DNA of 64,000 bases, from the NCBI GenBank assembly GCA_051362555.1, contig CM120641.1, positions 31,502,401-31,566,400 of the forward strand, read 5' to 3'. The notes under the pieces are model-generated. The model was not told the DNA's origin and made no database searches. It saw nothing but the letters and a program-made list of their open reading frames with translations. This DNA comes from Lingula anatina. Taxonomy: Eukaryota; Animalia; Brachiopoda. Position numbers and translations under genes: made by a program. Shown here one piece after another: positions 13,115 through 24,224 of this stretch; positions within the stretch are counted from its first letter, which is position 1, and every line of letters starts with the position of its first letter.

Positions 13115-14605
13115 TTATGACAGCTCATTGTCTTTTTGCCAAGCTGGGGGTCGAGTGGCACGAGTGGAGTGTCTAGGTTGATCCATGGTAAGAGGCTGGG
13201 ACATTCCAGGTTGACTATCCACTATCCTGGGGCGTGGAGGGGTACAAACACGTGTGCTAACACTGACTGGCCTAGGTGGGGATGCATTCCCCAAAGGTAA
13301 AAGACGGCGCTTTGGGGTGATGGTCCCTTTGGATGGCGTATCTGTGGCGGGTGAGGGTGTGTTGAACAGTTGAGGTATGGGTGGTGCAGTCAATGATGGC
13401 GGGGTTTCACACTGCGTTTGTGTGTCATGAGAGTGTGGGGTAGCCTTGGCCTTAGGTGATGCAGGTAGGCCAGGGATTTCTTCCTTGCGTTCCTCCTGAT
13501 CAGTGGCAACCTTGGCAGGGAGTGTTGGAGGAGAGCCAGGGATTTCCTTCCTTGTCTCCTGATCAGCTGCAAGTTTGGCAAGTGGTGGGGTAACATGCGG
13601 AAGCTGAAGATCACGGTCTATGGTCTGGATAGGTGTGGGTTGCAGGACAGGGGTGTAACGCCGGAGGAATTTCCTGTTCCGTAATGTGACTCGTCCCGAG
13701 CCATCTACTCTCACAACATATTGATCGAACTGCCGTACTTCAACCACGGTCCCAGTCTTGTCCCATTTCAGGGGGTGAGGGCCTGTCTGATTCTGGATTC
13801 GGACACGATCCCCTACTGCAAGGGGTGCAAGTCTCTTGGTGTGCTCCGTAAGGCGTTCTGCCATCTTCATATGGCGATTTCTGAGCGCTTCCTCCCTAGC
13901 CTTAAGGGTCTCTTGCCAAGTGGTGTGTGGTTTATATCTCCCTGGTGGAATGGGGATGAAATCACGGATGGGGTGCCCAAAGACGCACATTGCCGGTGAG
14001 AGTTTGGTGTCTCTGTCCGGGGTGTTCCTGTACTGAAGCATAGCACGCTGAAAGCTGTCCGTGTCCAGGTCACCATTAGGGCTGGTATTGTCTGTGATGA
14101 GGCGTTTTACTGTTTTAACCCCAACTTCAGCACGGCAGTTACTATGGGGAAAGGCTACTGATGACATACGATGATGTACACCCCAATCAGAAAGAAACTT
14201 CTTGGTGGCAGTTGATGTGAACTCCGGTCCCCCATCTGAGGATAGCTCATCGGCTATGCCAAAGGTGACAAAGGTCCGTCGAAGAGAAGCTATCAGGCCA
14301 GCCGCTCTTTGGGATGCTCTCTCCACAATCGGCCAGTTGGAATACCGATCAACAATGACAAGATAGTTATTACCCATGTAGTGGAAGTAGTCAGCACAGA
14401 CACACTGGAATGGGTAGTCAGGATATATCAATGGTGTCGGAGGTGCACTCGGTTGGGAGGGGGTCATGCGGTTGCAGTGGTTGCAACCTGTTCTGGTGGA
14501 TATTATATCAGGTGTAATGCCAGGCCAGAAGATTGAGGACTCGGCTCTGGTTATCATAGAGGAGATCCCCTGATGGGCACTGTGCAATGTAGAGAGGACG
14601 TCTTG
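13115..14605 (-). CDS. pol: Integrase part of pol (downstream of the frameshift)
   Basis: Zinc-binding HSAHQG...CNHC; catalytic D (ADYF), D (SDGGPEF) and E (NCRAE); GPY/F-like module RVRIQ...[11 protein letters not shown]...RNRKFLR; Pro/Thr-rich tail with no chromodomain seen. Confidence 0.93.
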   Translation of the reverse strand, partial: QDVLSTLHSAHQGISSMITRAESSIFWPGITPDIISTRTGCNHCNRMTPSQPSAPPTPLIYPDYPFQCVCADYFHYMGNNYLVIVDRYSNWPIVERASQRAAGLIASLRRTFVTFGIADELSSDGGPEFTSTATKKFLSDWGVHHRMSSVAFPHSNCRAEVGVKTVKRLITDNTSPNGDLDTDSFQRAMLQYRNTPDRDTKLSPAMCVFGHPIRDFIPIPPGRYKPHTTWQETLKAREEALRNRHMKMAERLTEHTKRLAPLAVGDRVRIQNQTGPHPLKWDKTGTVVEVRQFDQYVVRVDGSGRVTLRNRKFLRRYTPVLQPTPIQTIDRDLQLPHVTPPLAKLAADQETRKEIPGSPPTLPAKVATDQEERKEEIPGLPASPKAKATPHSHDTQTQCETPPSLTAPPIPQLFNTPSPATDTPSKGTITPKRRLLPLGNASPPRPVSVSTRVCTPPRPRIVDSQPGMSQPLTMDQPRHSTRATRPPAWQKDNELS

Positions 14606-17600
14606 CTTAATGCAGGTGGGATGACTACACGGTCTCTATACAACACAACTCCGTCGATTGTGCTGAGGTCCTCCTTGAACTGATAATACTCGCGAAGCTT
14701 GATGGGGAACTCTTGGCGGCTCTCTGGCAGACCTGAGGTTATTAAGTCTGCTAGCATAGCCATATCTGCATCACTTGTGGTTGCTGTGCGTACTCTGTCC
14801 CAGGTCACTGATTTCAAGGTGATGGATGCCAGAGAGGATGTAAGTGCAGAGATCATGTTTTCCTCCATGGGGATGTGATTGGGGGCAGGGGATCGGATTT
14901 GAGACAGAGGGTGATGTTGGCTGACAGTAGCAACGTCGTCAGGGAGTGGGAGCTTATCTGGATCTCCTGTGGGATGACGAGATACGCAATCTGCAGCAAG
15001 GTGTTTGACCCCACGTATATGTACCATCTGGAAACGGTATCTGAGGGTCTTCTCCTTCAAGTTTCTTAGGCGGGGGTTGTTGATATCATCAAGGGACCTG
15101 CCGCTAAAGACCTTCAGTAATGGCTTGTGGTCAACTGCAATGATGAGGTCATGACATCCAAGGACAAAGTACCTTGTTTTGTTCAGAGCATCAGCAACAG
15201 CTAGGGCTTCACCCTCGATGGGGGCATATCGCGATTCAGCAGAGTGGGTGAAACGGCTGCCTACAAGAGTAATCTTCCATCCAGATGGGCAGCAGAATGG
15301 TCGGATAGGCTGGCAAGAGCAATGCTTCTGTAGGAGCCAGAACCCAATTCCATTTTTGGACCAGTCAGTTGCAAGGCATGTGGGCCTGGACTTGTCAAAT
15401 ATTCGGACCCCCTCTTCAATTTCCTTGGAGATGACAGCCTTGGATTCTTCGAAGAGACTGTTGAGATCCTCGTCCCATCTGAAGGGGGTTCCAGGTTGAA
15501 GAAGACATCTAAAGGGAAGCATTTTGTCTGCCATGCTGAAGGCATATGATACCTGGTTGACCAAACCAAACCATGATCGCACATCAGTAATGTTTCGAGG
15601 GGTGGGAAAGTCCAAGATGGCCTGAAGGTACTTGGAACTGGGCTTGACACTGTCCAGGGTAATGTCAAATCCTGCAAATTCCACCTCATCTTGTGCAAAG
15701 ACAAACTTCTCTGGGTTCAGAGTGATGCCATGTCTACCACAGATGTCTAACCACTCTACGGCTTTGAAGAAACTCCCCTCTATTGAGCTGGACCAAAGTA
15801 GGACATCATCGACACATTTGGTTTTGTTGGTGATGTGCGAGACAATTTCGTCATATCTCCTGGTGTACCCATCACCTGAAGCAATGTACCCTTGGGGAGC
15901 AACCTTGTATCGGTATCTGCCCCAGGGTGTGATAAACGTTGTAAGATGGCGATCCTCCTCACGAATGGGTACACTGTGATATCCATTCCAAGCATCTAGA
16001 ACTGTCTTTTTCTTGCCTTGGGGCACAGCCCTGGCTTGGTGAAAAGGAGAAGGGGTGTGGTGGGTCTCTCGTGTAGCATGTGCATTCAGAGCCTGTAGAT
16101 CAACTGTGCGGCGTAGCCTGCCATTGTTCTTCGCACATACAACCATGCGGTGGCACCAGGTGACTGGCTCGCCAATTGGGACTGGTTCGATGACCCCTAG
16201 TCTGACATCTTGGTCAAGTCCTGCTTTCACTTCTTCCTGCCAGTGAAGTGGGACTGGTATTGGAGTGTGATAGGCTACTGGTGCAGCAGAAGGGTCTACC
16301 ATCAATTTCATTGGCGGGCTGTCCATGAGGGGCAAGGGCTGATGATCACATGTATTAAACGTACTGGACCTGTAATAGTCCAGAAGGTATTCCTTCAGTC
16401 GCCCACAATTCTGTTCTGTCGCAGGGAAAGGCAGCTTCGTTGGAGGCGGGGGAGGTGGTTGACGATTGGGGCAAGTGCATGTGTGTTGGGCATCAGCGCC
16501 ACGTGCTGTAAGGGTAATGTCAGGGAACACGGAAGCACACTGCGACATGTGATATGCACCCACAGTCGGGAAGGTCTTTGGTATGATGCCAAGTGCAATA
16601 CATGCCTCCCTGCTGATAAAGAGCTTGTCAGAGCTGTCGGTGACATAAGTCATCTGTCTTGTTTCCACCAGTTTGCCAGATGGGCCCTTCCCAGCATAGC
16701 GAAGTATAGTTGCTCCAAGAATGTTGATGCCATTGTTGACAGCAGTGTGCATCTTCATAGTGACTGGGATCAGGTCCTGTCGCTTCAGGCCTAGACGTTG
16801 GATTACCTTAATGCCAGCAAGGCAGCTCTGACAACCAGTGTCAGCCATTGATGGATGTTCTATTGGTGTTCTATTGGCTGAGGATAGAAGGCTGAAGCCT
16901 AGCTCTCTGTAATCATCTGCACAGACCGTGATTCTGAGGTTGACGAACGGTTGTGGTTTGGAAGCTCTTCGCACCCACGTGTCATTCAATTGATCATAGA
17001 TATGATGATCTAAAGCAATGGCCCTGCCTTTCGTATGTTGTGTTGTGATGGTGACAGAGCAGAGCGATTCAAAGACGGCGCCTTCATAGTCATCTGCCTC
17101 ATGACAGGAAGTAGTCTTCTGGCTCGGCTTGGGTTTGTCTTTGCTACGGCACACTATTTCAAGGTGGTGGTATCGTGTGCAGGTCTGGCATTTGTGCCCA
17201 AAGGCGGGGCAATCTCTCTTACGAATGCGTAGAGGAGCAGCCTTGCCATGGCCAGTTTTCCCGCAGTAGCCACAGGGGTCCTGGGGTGGTTTTTCGGCAG
17301 GGGTGGGGGTCTCTTTTTTCTTGCGATGGTAAGTGCTACCGATGGCCTCAGCTGCTTGGGATTCTTGTAAGCGTGATGCGGAGCGCTTCCCTGCTTCTTT
17401 TGCTTCCACAAATTGGAGGACTTCCTCCAATGTCATGTCCTGGTTCTTATCCCCTAAAAGGTCTATTTGGATCTCAGAGTCTGCTAATCCACGGGTTAGA
17501 ACATCACGGGTCATCTCCTCCATGTAGCTTACAGCAGTGTTGCAACTGGGGCATGAGACAGAAAATTTGCACACTCCTGCCTGGCCTTTTAGACGGGCTC

Positions 17601-18048
17601 CATAGTTGCGGACAGGTTCATCTCTGTCTTGGCGCATGTTCTGTAGTGTCACTCTAGCCACCATTGTGTTCTCTGTGCGTACAGCTAATGCTTTGATTGC
17701 GGCCATCACCTCATCAACGGATTTGTTTGCAAGGCTTCCACCTGCTGTCCTAGTTAGGTCTTTTCGCAAGGGGTCATCACAACATTCCAGCAATTGGATA
17801 ACCCTGTCTTTGCCAGCTATCTTTGTTGCATCGGCATATTCTGTCCATCTGGACTGAAAGTATGACCACTCTTCACTGGTACCGCAGGCTGATATCGTGG
17901 GCCGCTTGACTTTCTCCACTTTGGCTGCAGTAACAGGAGCGTTGGTATGAACAGAGCTGTGTGTGGTGAGTAGGGCTGCTACGATAGTGGCATCAAGGTC
18001 ATCTGTGGTGTAGTCACAGCCTTCTATTGGGCACTGGACCGCCGGCAT
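14606..18048 (-). CDS. gag-pol: Gag-protease-RT-RNase H polyprotein
   Basis: Two Cys/His knuckles (CGYCGKTGH...C; [14 protein letters not shown]), protease ADTG, RT motifs LDAWNGY, YKVAPQG and CVDD, RNase H TDWS...IEGEAL...VDHKPL...ADCVSR. Confidence 0.95.
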
Positions 18049-18062
18049 GTTGTCAGGTATGG

Positions 18063-18073
18063 GATAGCGATCA
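18063..18073 (-). promoter_or_regulatory. Primer-binding site complementary to the element's own LTR (putative self-priming)
   Basis: TGATCGCTATC directly after the 5' LTR; exact complement GATAGCGATCA at 18139-18129 on the minus strand. Lacks the TGG start expected for pairing with tRNA CCA. Confidence 0.8.
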
Positions 18074-18187
18074 TAAATAAGTACACTGCACTATTTGTCG
18101 TTAAGCGTTTATTGGTCCAACTTGACAATGATCGCTATCTGAAACAGAAGGTAAATTACATAAGTCTACATAAATAATTATCCTATA
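18074..18187 (-). repeat. 5' LTR (114 bp)
   Basis: Minus strand reads TATAGGATAA...CTTCTGTTTCAGATAGCGATCA...AATAAA...CTTATTTA. Confidence 0.95.
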
Positions 18188-18844
18188 CACTAAAATGTAT
18201 AACTTCCAGAAAAAGAAGCCAATTAGACTGCTTTTCCAACTCAGGCTGCATTTTAGTCCTTTGTTTCTTTTTTGAAAGTTTGACAATCATAAGTAACATG
18301 GTTTTCCCATAATGGTCATCATGGCAGCAGCACCCAAAATTGTGTTTTCTTCTATTTTAATGCAATATTACGTAATGCTTAACAGCATAATGACCATCAG
18401 TTTTTAATAATAAAAGATCCATATCATGGATTTTCAGAAAATGTGATTTGCATGGGTCTTCAAGCTCGTGGAGGTTCTTAAGTCACACCTTGAAAATGCC
18501 AATATGTGAAAAATTAAATTTTCACAAAAAACTGATTAACTGCCAAAAAAATTTACCAAATAGACTGCATTGCCTACTGAAGCTTTATTTAAGTCCCATG
18601 TTTCTTCCTGTAAGTTTGAGAACAGTAAGTGACATGGTTTTCCTTAAATGGTCATCATGGGAGCAGTGTCCAAAATAGGGGTGTCTTCAAATTTTGATGC
18701 AATATTACATAATGTTTAACAGGATAATTACCATCAATTTTTAATAATAAAATATTAGTATCATGGATATTCAGAAAATGTTCCTAGCAAAGGTCTTCAG
18801 GCCCAAGGAACTTCAAAGTCACACCTTGAAAATGCCAAAATGTA

Positions 18845-20225
18845 GACAAGACAGCACTGTCCTGAAATGTGTTTTTTTCCATTTTTAACAATTTTTTAAC
18901 ATATAACAAAATTAACAATTTACTGCCATTTATATATGATCAACTAAGAAAATTGATGAGATGGGAAAAATATCAATAGAACAGTGTTTAATGTCCAATT
19001 TCCTCCATTCTGAGTTTCTGAACATAGTGAATGAATGAATCTGACAAACTGCAATGATATGAGTTTATTTCCATTTTTGAAACTCTATTATACAATACAT
19101 GATAACAAGTTTACCATCATTTTTACATAATCAACTAACAATGTTGTAAAGATGTAGGAAATGTCAAACACTTTTACGAATCTTATTAGTTAAATAATGA
19201 GACTGTTAACATGCCGAAGAATTGAATCTGAGGAAATGTGAAAAAACAGCATAACGTATAAAATAATGGCCTGATTATGCTGATTTTCGAACTTGACCTG
19301 CGTTTTAGTAAGATTAATTACTCCTGTGAGTTTCATGACAACAGGTCTATCGGTTTTTCTTGAAATGTGTTAACAGTGTTGCACATATGCTGAAAAGTGA
19401 AAAAAAAAACAGACAACTACTAAAATAGTGGCCCGATCATGCCCATTTTCGAACTTGATCTGCGTTTTAGTAAGATTGATTACTTCTGTGAGTTTCATGA
19501 CAACAGGCCTATCGGTTTTCCTTGAAATGTGTTAACAGTGTTGCACATATGCTAAAAAGTGAAAAAACAGCATAAATTCTACAATAATGGCCCGATCATG
19601 CTGATTTTCGAACTTGACCTGCGTTTTATGAATATTAGTCAGCTCTGTAAATATAAAGCCAAAAAGTAAAACTGTCTTCCACTTATGGTGTTAACGCTGA
19701 AAGTGCACGGCGACGGCGACATGATCGGCGACGGCGACGACAGACGCAGGTGATGGCAATATGTACAGACACATCTGTGTCTGTACATAAAAACAGCATA
19801 AATTCCCTAAAATTGACCTGATCATGCTGATTTTCGAACTTGACCTGCGTATTATAAATACTCATCAGTTCTGTAAGTTTCAAACCAAAAGAAAAAACAG
19901 TTTTCCACTTATCGTGTTATCGGTAAAAGTGCACGGCGATGGCGACAGCGACGGCGACGATGGCGACAACAGACGCAGATGACGGCTATATGTACAGACA
20001 CATCTATGTCTGTACATAAAAATGGCCTCATCATGCTGACCTGCATTTTATGAATAGTCATCAATTCTATAAGTTTAAAGCCAAAAGGTAAATCTGTTTT
20101 TTACTTATCATGTTATCACTGAAAGTGCACGGCAACGATAGCGACCATGGCAACAACAGCGATGACAGCAACGGCAGATGCAGGTAACAGCTGTATGTAC
20201 AGACAAAACTGTGTCTGTATATAAA
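18845..20225 (+). mobile_element. Cluster of HINE family B units
   Basis: Core units followed by a GGCGAC-type microsatellite and the palindrome TGTACAGACACATCTGTGTCTGTACA plus A-run, three times (ending near 19790, 20017 and 20222). Confidence 0.65.
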
Positions 20226-21329
20226 AAGCAGAAAATGATGCATAAAAAGGTTATGGATGTTAGGAATATGTAGCTGGCATAATGCCCATGAGAATGCAAA
20301 TTCACAAACTGAAATATGCCAGAATGAGAAAAATGAAAGTTTCAGACAAGAAAAATTCCAATCAAGCTGGTTTTCCAATTTGAGCTGTATATCAGTTGTA
20401 AGAATCATTCTTGTAAGTTAGAAAGTAACAGCTTTCCTTGTTGTTGTTGACAATTTCCTTACAATATCATATAATGATTAACAGCATAATCATCACCAAT
20501 TTTTAATTATCTACTTGGACATTGAGAGAGTGTAACTACCATACAGCTTCATGCCTCAGAGTTCCAAGTCCCACATTGAAAATGCCAATATGTGAAAAAT
20601 GAAAATTCAACAAAAAACTGCATTAGTGGGTATTCGAGAAAAAGAATCCAATGTAGCTGATTTTCTAATTCAAGCTGTAATTTACTAGTAGTCCTATTGT
20701 AAGTTAATTTTGGAACATTACTTAATATGGCATTTAAGAAATTCTAAGTTATTAGTTTGCAGCTAGTATTAATTATCCACAAGGCAGACATGCTGAAAAC
20801 TTTTCAAAATGGCCGGACATTTGGACCGTCAGTAATACAAAAGTAGTCAAAAGTAATACAAGGTACTTCATTGTTATACATTATACAAGGTATCCAACTG
20901 TAACTTATCTGGATTGAAAGAAAACAGCAGAAATATAGCGTAATAATCAAAGGTTGTTGAAATGTACCAATTATAAAGTCCAATTTAGGAATCTAATCTG
21001 GAAGGTCATAAATGACACTATGAAGGTAAAACTTTTGGCATTCATTTTCAGGATAATGGGGCTATTACAGGGCAAAAGAGTCCCAAATTTATACATTTGT
21101 ATTTTATTCATTTAGTAAATTATTATTCTATTTTATCTTATCTTATAAATACTCTTTTTCAACTTCCAGGTTGATACCAGTAATGACAGCTGCAGTATAC
21201 TAAGTGCTGATGGCTTCCATGTCATACCTGTCAACCTGCCATTTCATACCTAATGGGAAACAATGTTTATACATGCACTAGTGTATTAATCAGTGAAGCT
21301 AATCCTCAGTTACATGCATCTTATATACA

Positions 21330-21530
21330 CCTTACCATCTTATATTGGACAAATAACAGAAATTGACTCGAACAATTTTACTGTGCATGCATGGTAAGTT
21401 TTTAACAAAATGTGGCAAGTCCAATAATATGTTTAAGTGGCCAACAACAAAAGATGAAAACTGGATAAGTTTTGAAAAGATTATCCAGAAACTACCTGAT
21501 CCACCCTATTCTTCTTGGAAGAGCAAATGA
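21330..21530 (+). pseudogene. Degraded DNA-transposon protein C-terminus
   Basis: Broken frames YIGQITEIDSNNFTV and KCGKSNNMFKWPTTKDENWISFEKIIQKLPDP resemble an FKWP..D..W tail recalled from invertebrate transposon proteins. Confidence 0.35.
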
Positions 21531-24224
21531 TGTTTTACAATACCACCAGACATTTTGAACGGTTTAAATGATGGCATAATTTAGACTACAGTTTTACCTA
21601 ACCTTCATTGCTAAGATAATTAAATAAACTCTTATTTTGGTAAAATATAGAATGTGAATTCTACAGATACAGCAATCAACATATCAGCAATGAAATGTAT
21701 CCAGTAGTGCTAAATGTATTTATGTAGTCCTTCAAAAGTAAGCAAAACACCCACTGTAACCATTTGCTGATTTGCATAAACATGTTTTATTAATTTTGCT
21801 ATCTTATCATGTGACATTTGTCATATCTGTAATACTACAAATCCCGAATTCAGCTTCTAAAGTTTACTTTTAACTTTAAAAAATTAAAACAAATACCATT
21901 GCTGTTGACCTAACCTCTATTACCAAATTGTTCATTTTTCATTTGAACATTGGATATGTGTGTGCTGATTGATCTATGTTCATATTACAATAAATGGATA
22001 GCACTTTGTTCATAAACAACTAGTATGATATAAAAGCAAGTCTGTTCCCAGTGATTTCTAAAATCATATTTAAATTGGAATACCTCAGGCTTTGTATTTA
22101 TAGAAAACATGTGACTTATTACCAAAGGGTTTGCACCACATTTTCTATAATTGAAGAGAAATGTTAAATTGGAAACAATATTTTTGAATACATACCAAAT
22201 CTTGGTAATTGAATCACAAATGGAACCTATGACCTATAACCTTATTTAGATGTTGCCTAACCTCCATAACAAAAAAAAAAATATTGTATTATGTTTACAC
22301 GTGCATATTTCTAGAAATACAGTAATAGTGTGGGTTTAGATTATTCTACTACTTTCTGAATACCTCTTCATTAAAATAATATAAAAAGTTTCACAGTTTT
22401 GCAAAGTTCATATTTCTGCATTTCTCATTTTGGAATTGTACCCTATTTTCTGGAATGACCGAGATGCTGTGAAATGTTAGCACTGTTCATCACCTCCCCT
22501 TCTCTTTATATTATAACAGCAAACTTTTTATCCAATTACATCTAGCTCAGCATGCACTCCTAATTTATATACTTTAATTTACTATAAATAGATGTTGTGA
22601 CACAATAAGAAATAAAAATTGTTTTAAACTTATCAAGGAAATTGTCACAACCACTTCAAAAACATTATGCTTAACCTCGAAGCCATGAAATACCCAAAAG
22701 CTCATGTTACCGTACTAGGATTAAGAATGTGTACATTTACCCCGTGGACCATTTGAAGATTACACTGCGATTAATGCGGTGGAAAATACAATAGAGAGAG
22801 TGTATAATGATAGGGTCGCTAAACGATTGTTGATGGCATATAGTAACTAGCCTAATCCCCTGGTCGCCTGGGTAGCCACGCCCCCTTAGAGTACTTATGT
22901 AAACAAACAGTCTCCCGTAGCGAACTATCCTTTTGTTCAACAGCTTCGCGCGTGCAGCTGATTATGTATGTAGTGACACTATAGCTAACTGCATATAAAT
23001 TTGTGCTAGATGTTATTTGATTCATTCTGCTGTGTCGGATGTTGTGGATCAGCCCACTGGTTCGTTGACTTATGTTTTTCTGAAGATTGGTGGTGCAGAT
23101 TTTGAGTGCTTAATTATTTACCCTCCTTCTAACAAGAGAAAGGGGAAGGGAGACAAAAAGAGAGAGTGTCAAATGAAACGGGTAATGAGTAATACATTAC
23201 ATTAAATAAAGGGACTCGCGGTGGAAGAAACGATAGACTGTTTTGCATCAAGGTATGCCATTATAATCCGACATAGCCCATAACATGATCCATAACATGA
23301 CTCATTGTTGTATGCCTTATATTTGTGCCGACTTATATTTTACTCTCGTTCATTTCGTGAAACTATTTCCTTGAATAAAATTTTGCCTGTATAAATTAAC
23401 TTTGTGACATGAAGTAATTAATAAAACGCGCCTGTTGAAAAGGGGGCTTTTCGTAACTAATAAAGGTTCACTATTCAGAAAAATATCGTCGCCGTTCGTC
23501 GCCGCTACCTTCAGGAAAGCGTACCCTCCGCGTGGATCACCGGCATTTTTGATTATCTGACAAATTAGGGCAATTTACGTTTTAGCTAATAATTCTGATT
23601 TTACTAATATTTTGGACTAAATTCGATGTCAGATTCATAGCAATGACGGAGAGCCGCCAGAGTAACTGTTTAATTTTCTAAACTAATCAAACTAGAACGC
23701 GTGGCGATAAAATGTGTCGCTAGATCTTGTAAACACTCAGCGAAATGCACCTAGTGACTATATTCAACGTGCCGTCACTTAATTGCTTTCTCGATTTCAT
23801 TAATTGATGATAGTAATTGCAGATAACAAGGAAGAGGAAATACTGAAGACAAAACAACGTCGGGTCTTTGTGTGACTTTCTCCCTAAACACTTTTTATGT
23901 TGCTGTCAAAGAAAAAGGAGTCTAGATAGCGATTATTTAAACCACTGCTGCTGCTTTTGCAGGTAGACTTCCTCGTTTGTCATTTAAATGCTCCCCTCCC
24001 CCAGCAGACTCAACTTGATGCATGTACGTCTTGGTAGCTATAGTACAGATCTTGGTTCAAGTAATGAAAAGTTTAAGCACAAAACGATAATTTGAGGCTA
24101 TTTTTTCATTCAAGACAAAATAAAGTATCTATGGTGTGCGACAATAGGGACTTTACAAAGCTTAATTTGTCCTTAAATATATATTCCAGTAGCATAGGCG
24201 AGCGACGTAATTGTAACCTCAACT

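Larger units (their letters stand above)
12815..18187 (-). mobile_element. Full-length Ty3/Gypsy LTR retrotransposon (Mag-like, non-chromovirus), 5373 bp
   Basis: Two 114-bp direct repeats, 5-bp TSD CACTA (12810-12814, 18188-18192), polypurine tract, and domain order gag-PR-RT-RH-IN. The clade assignment is an inference. Confidence 0.97.

Noticed and set aside
14554-14610. Programmed ribosomal frameshift before integrase
   Set aside because: No slippery site; a 1-bp deletion inside a conserved motif explains it more simply.
13390-17857. Antisense and alternative-frame ORFs within gag-pol, including 16210-16794 (194 aa)
   Set aside because: Shadow ORFs of a GC-richer coding region with no recognisable motifs; no env gene.
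18053-18062. Leader CATACCTG resembling the U1 snRNA 5' end, i.e. an antisense splice donor
   Set aside because: A short match expected by chance; no support without comparative data.
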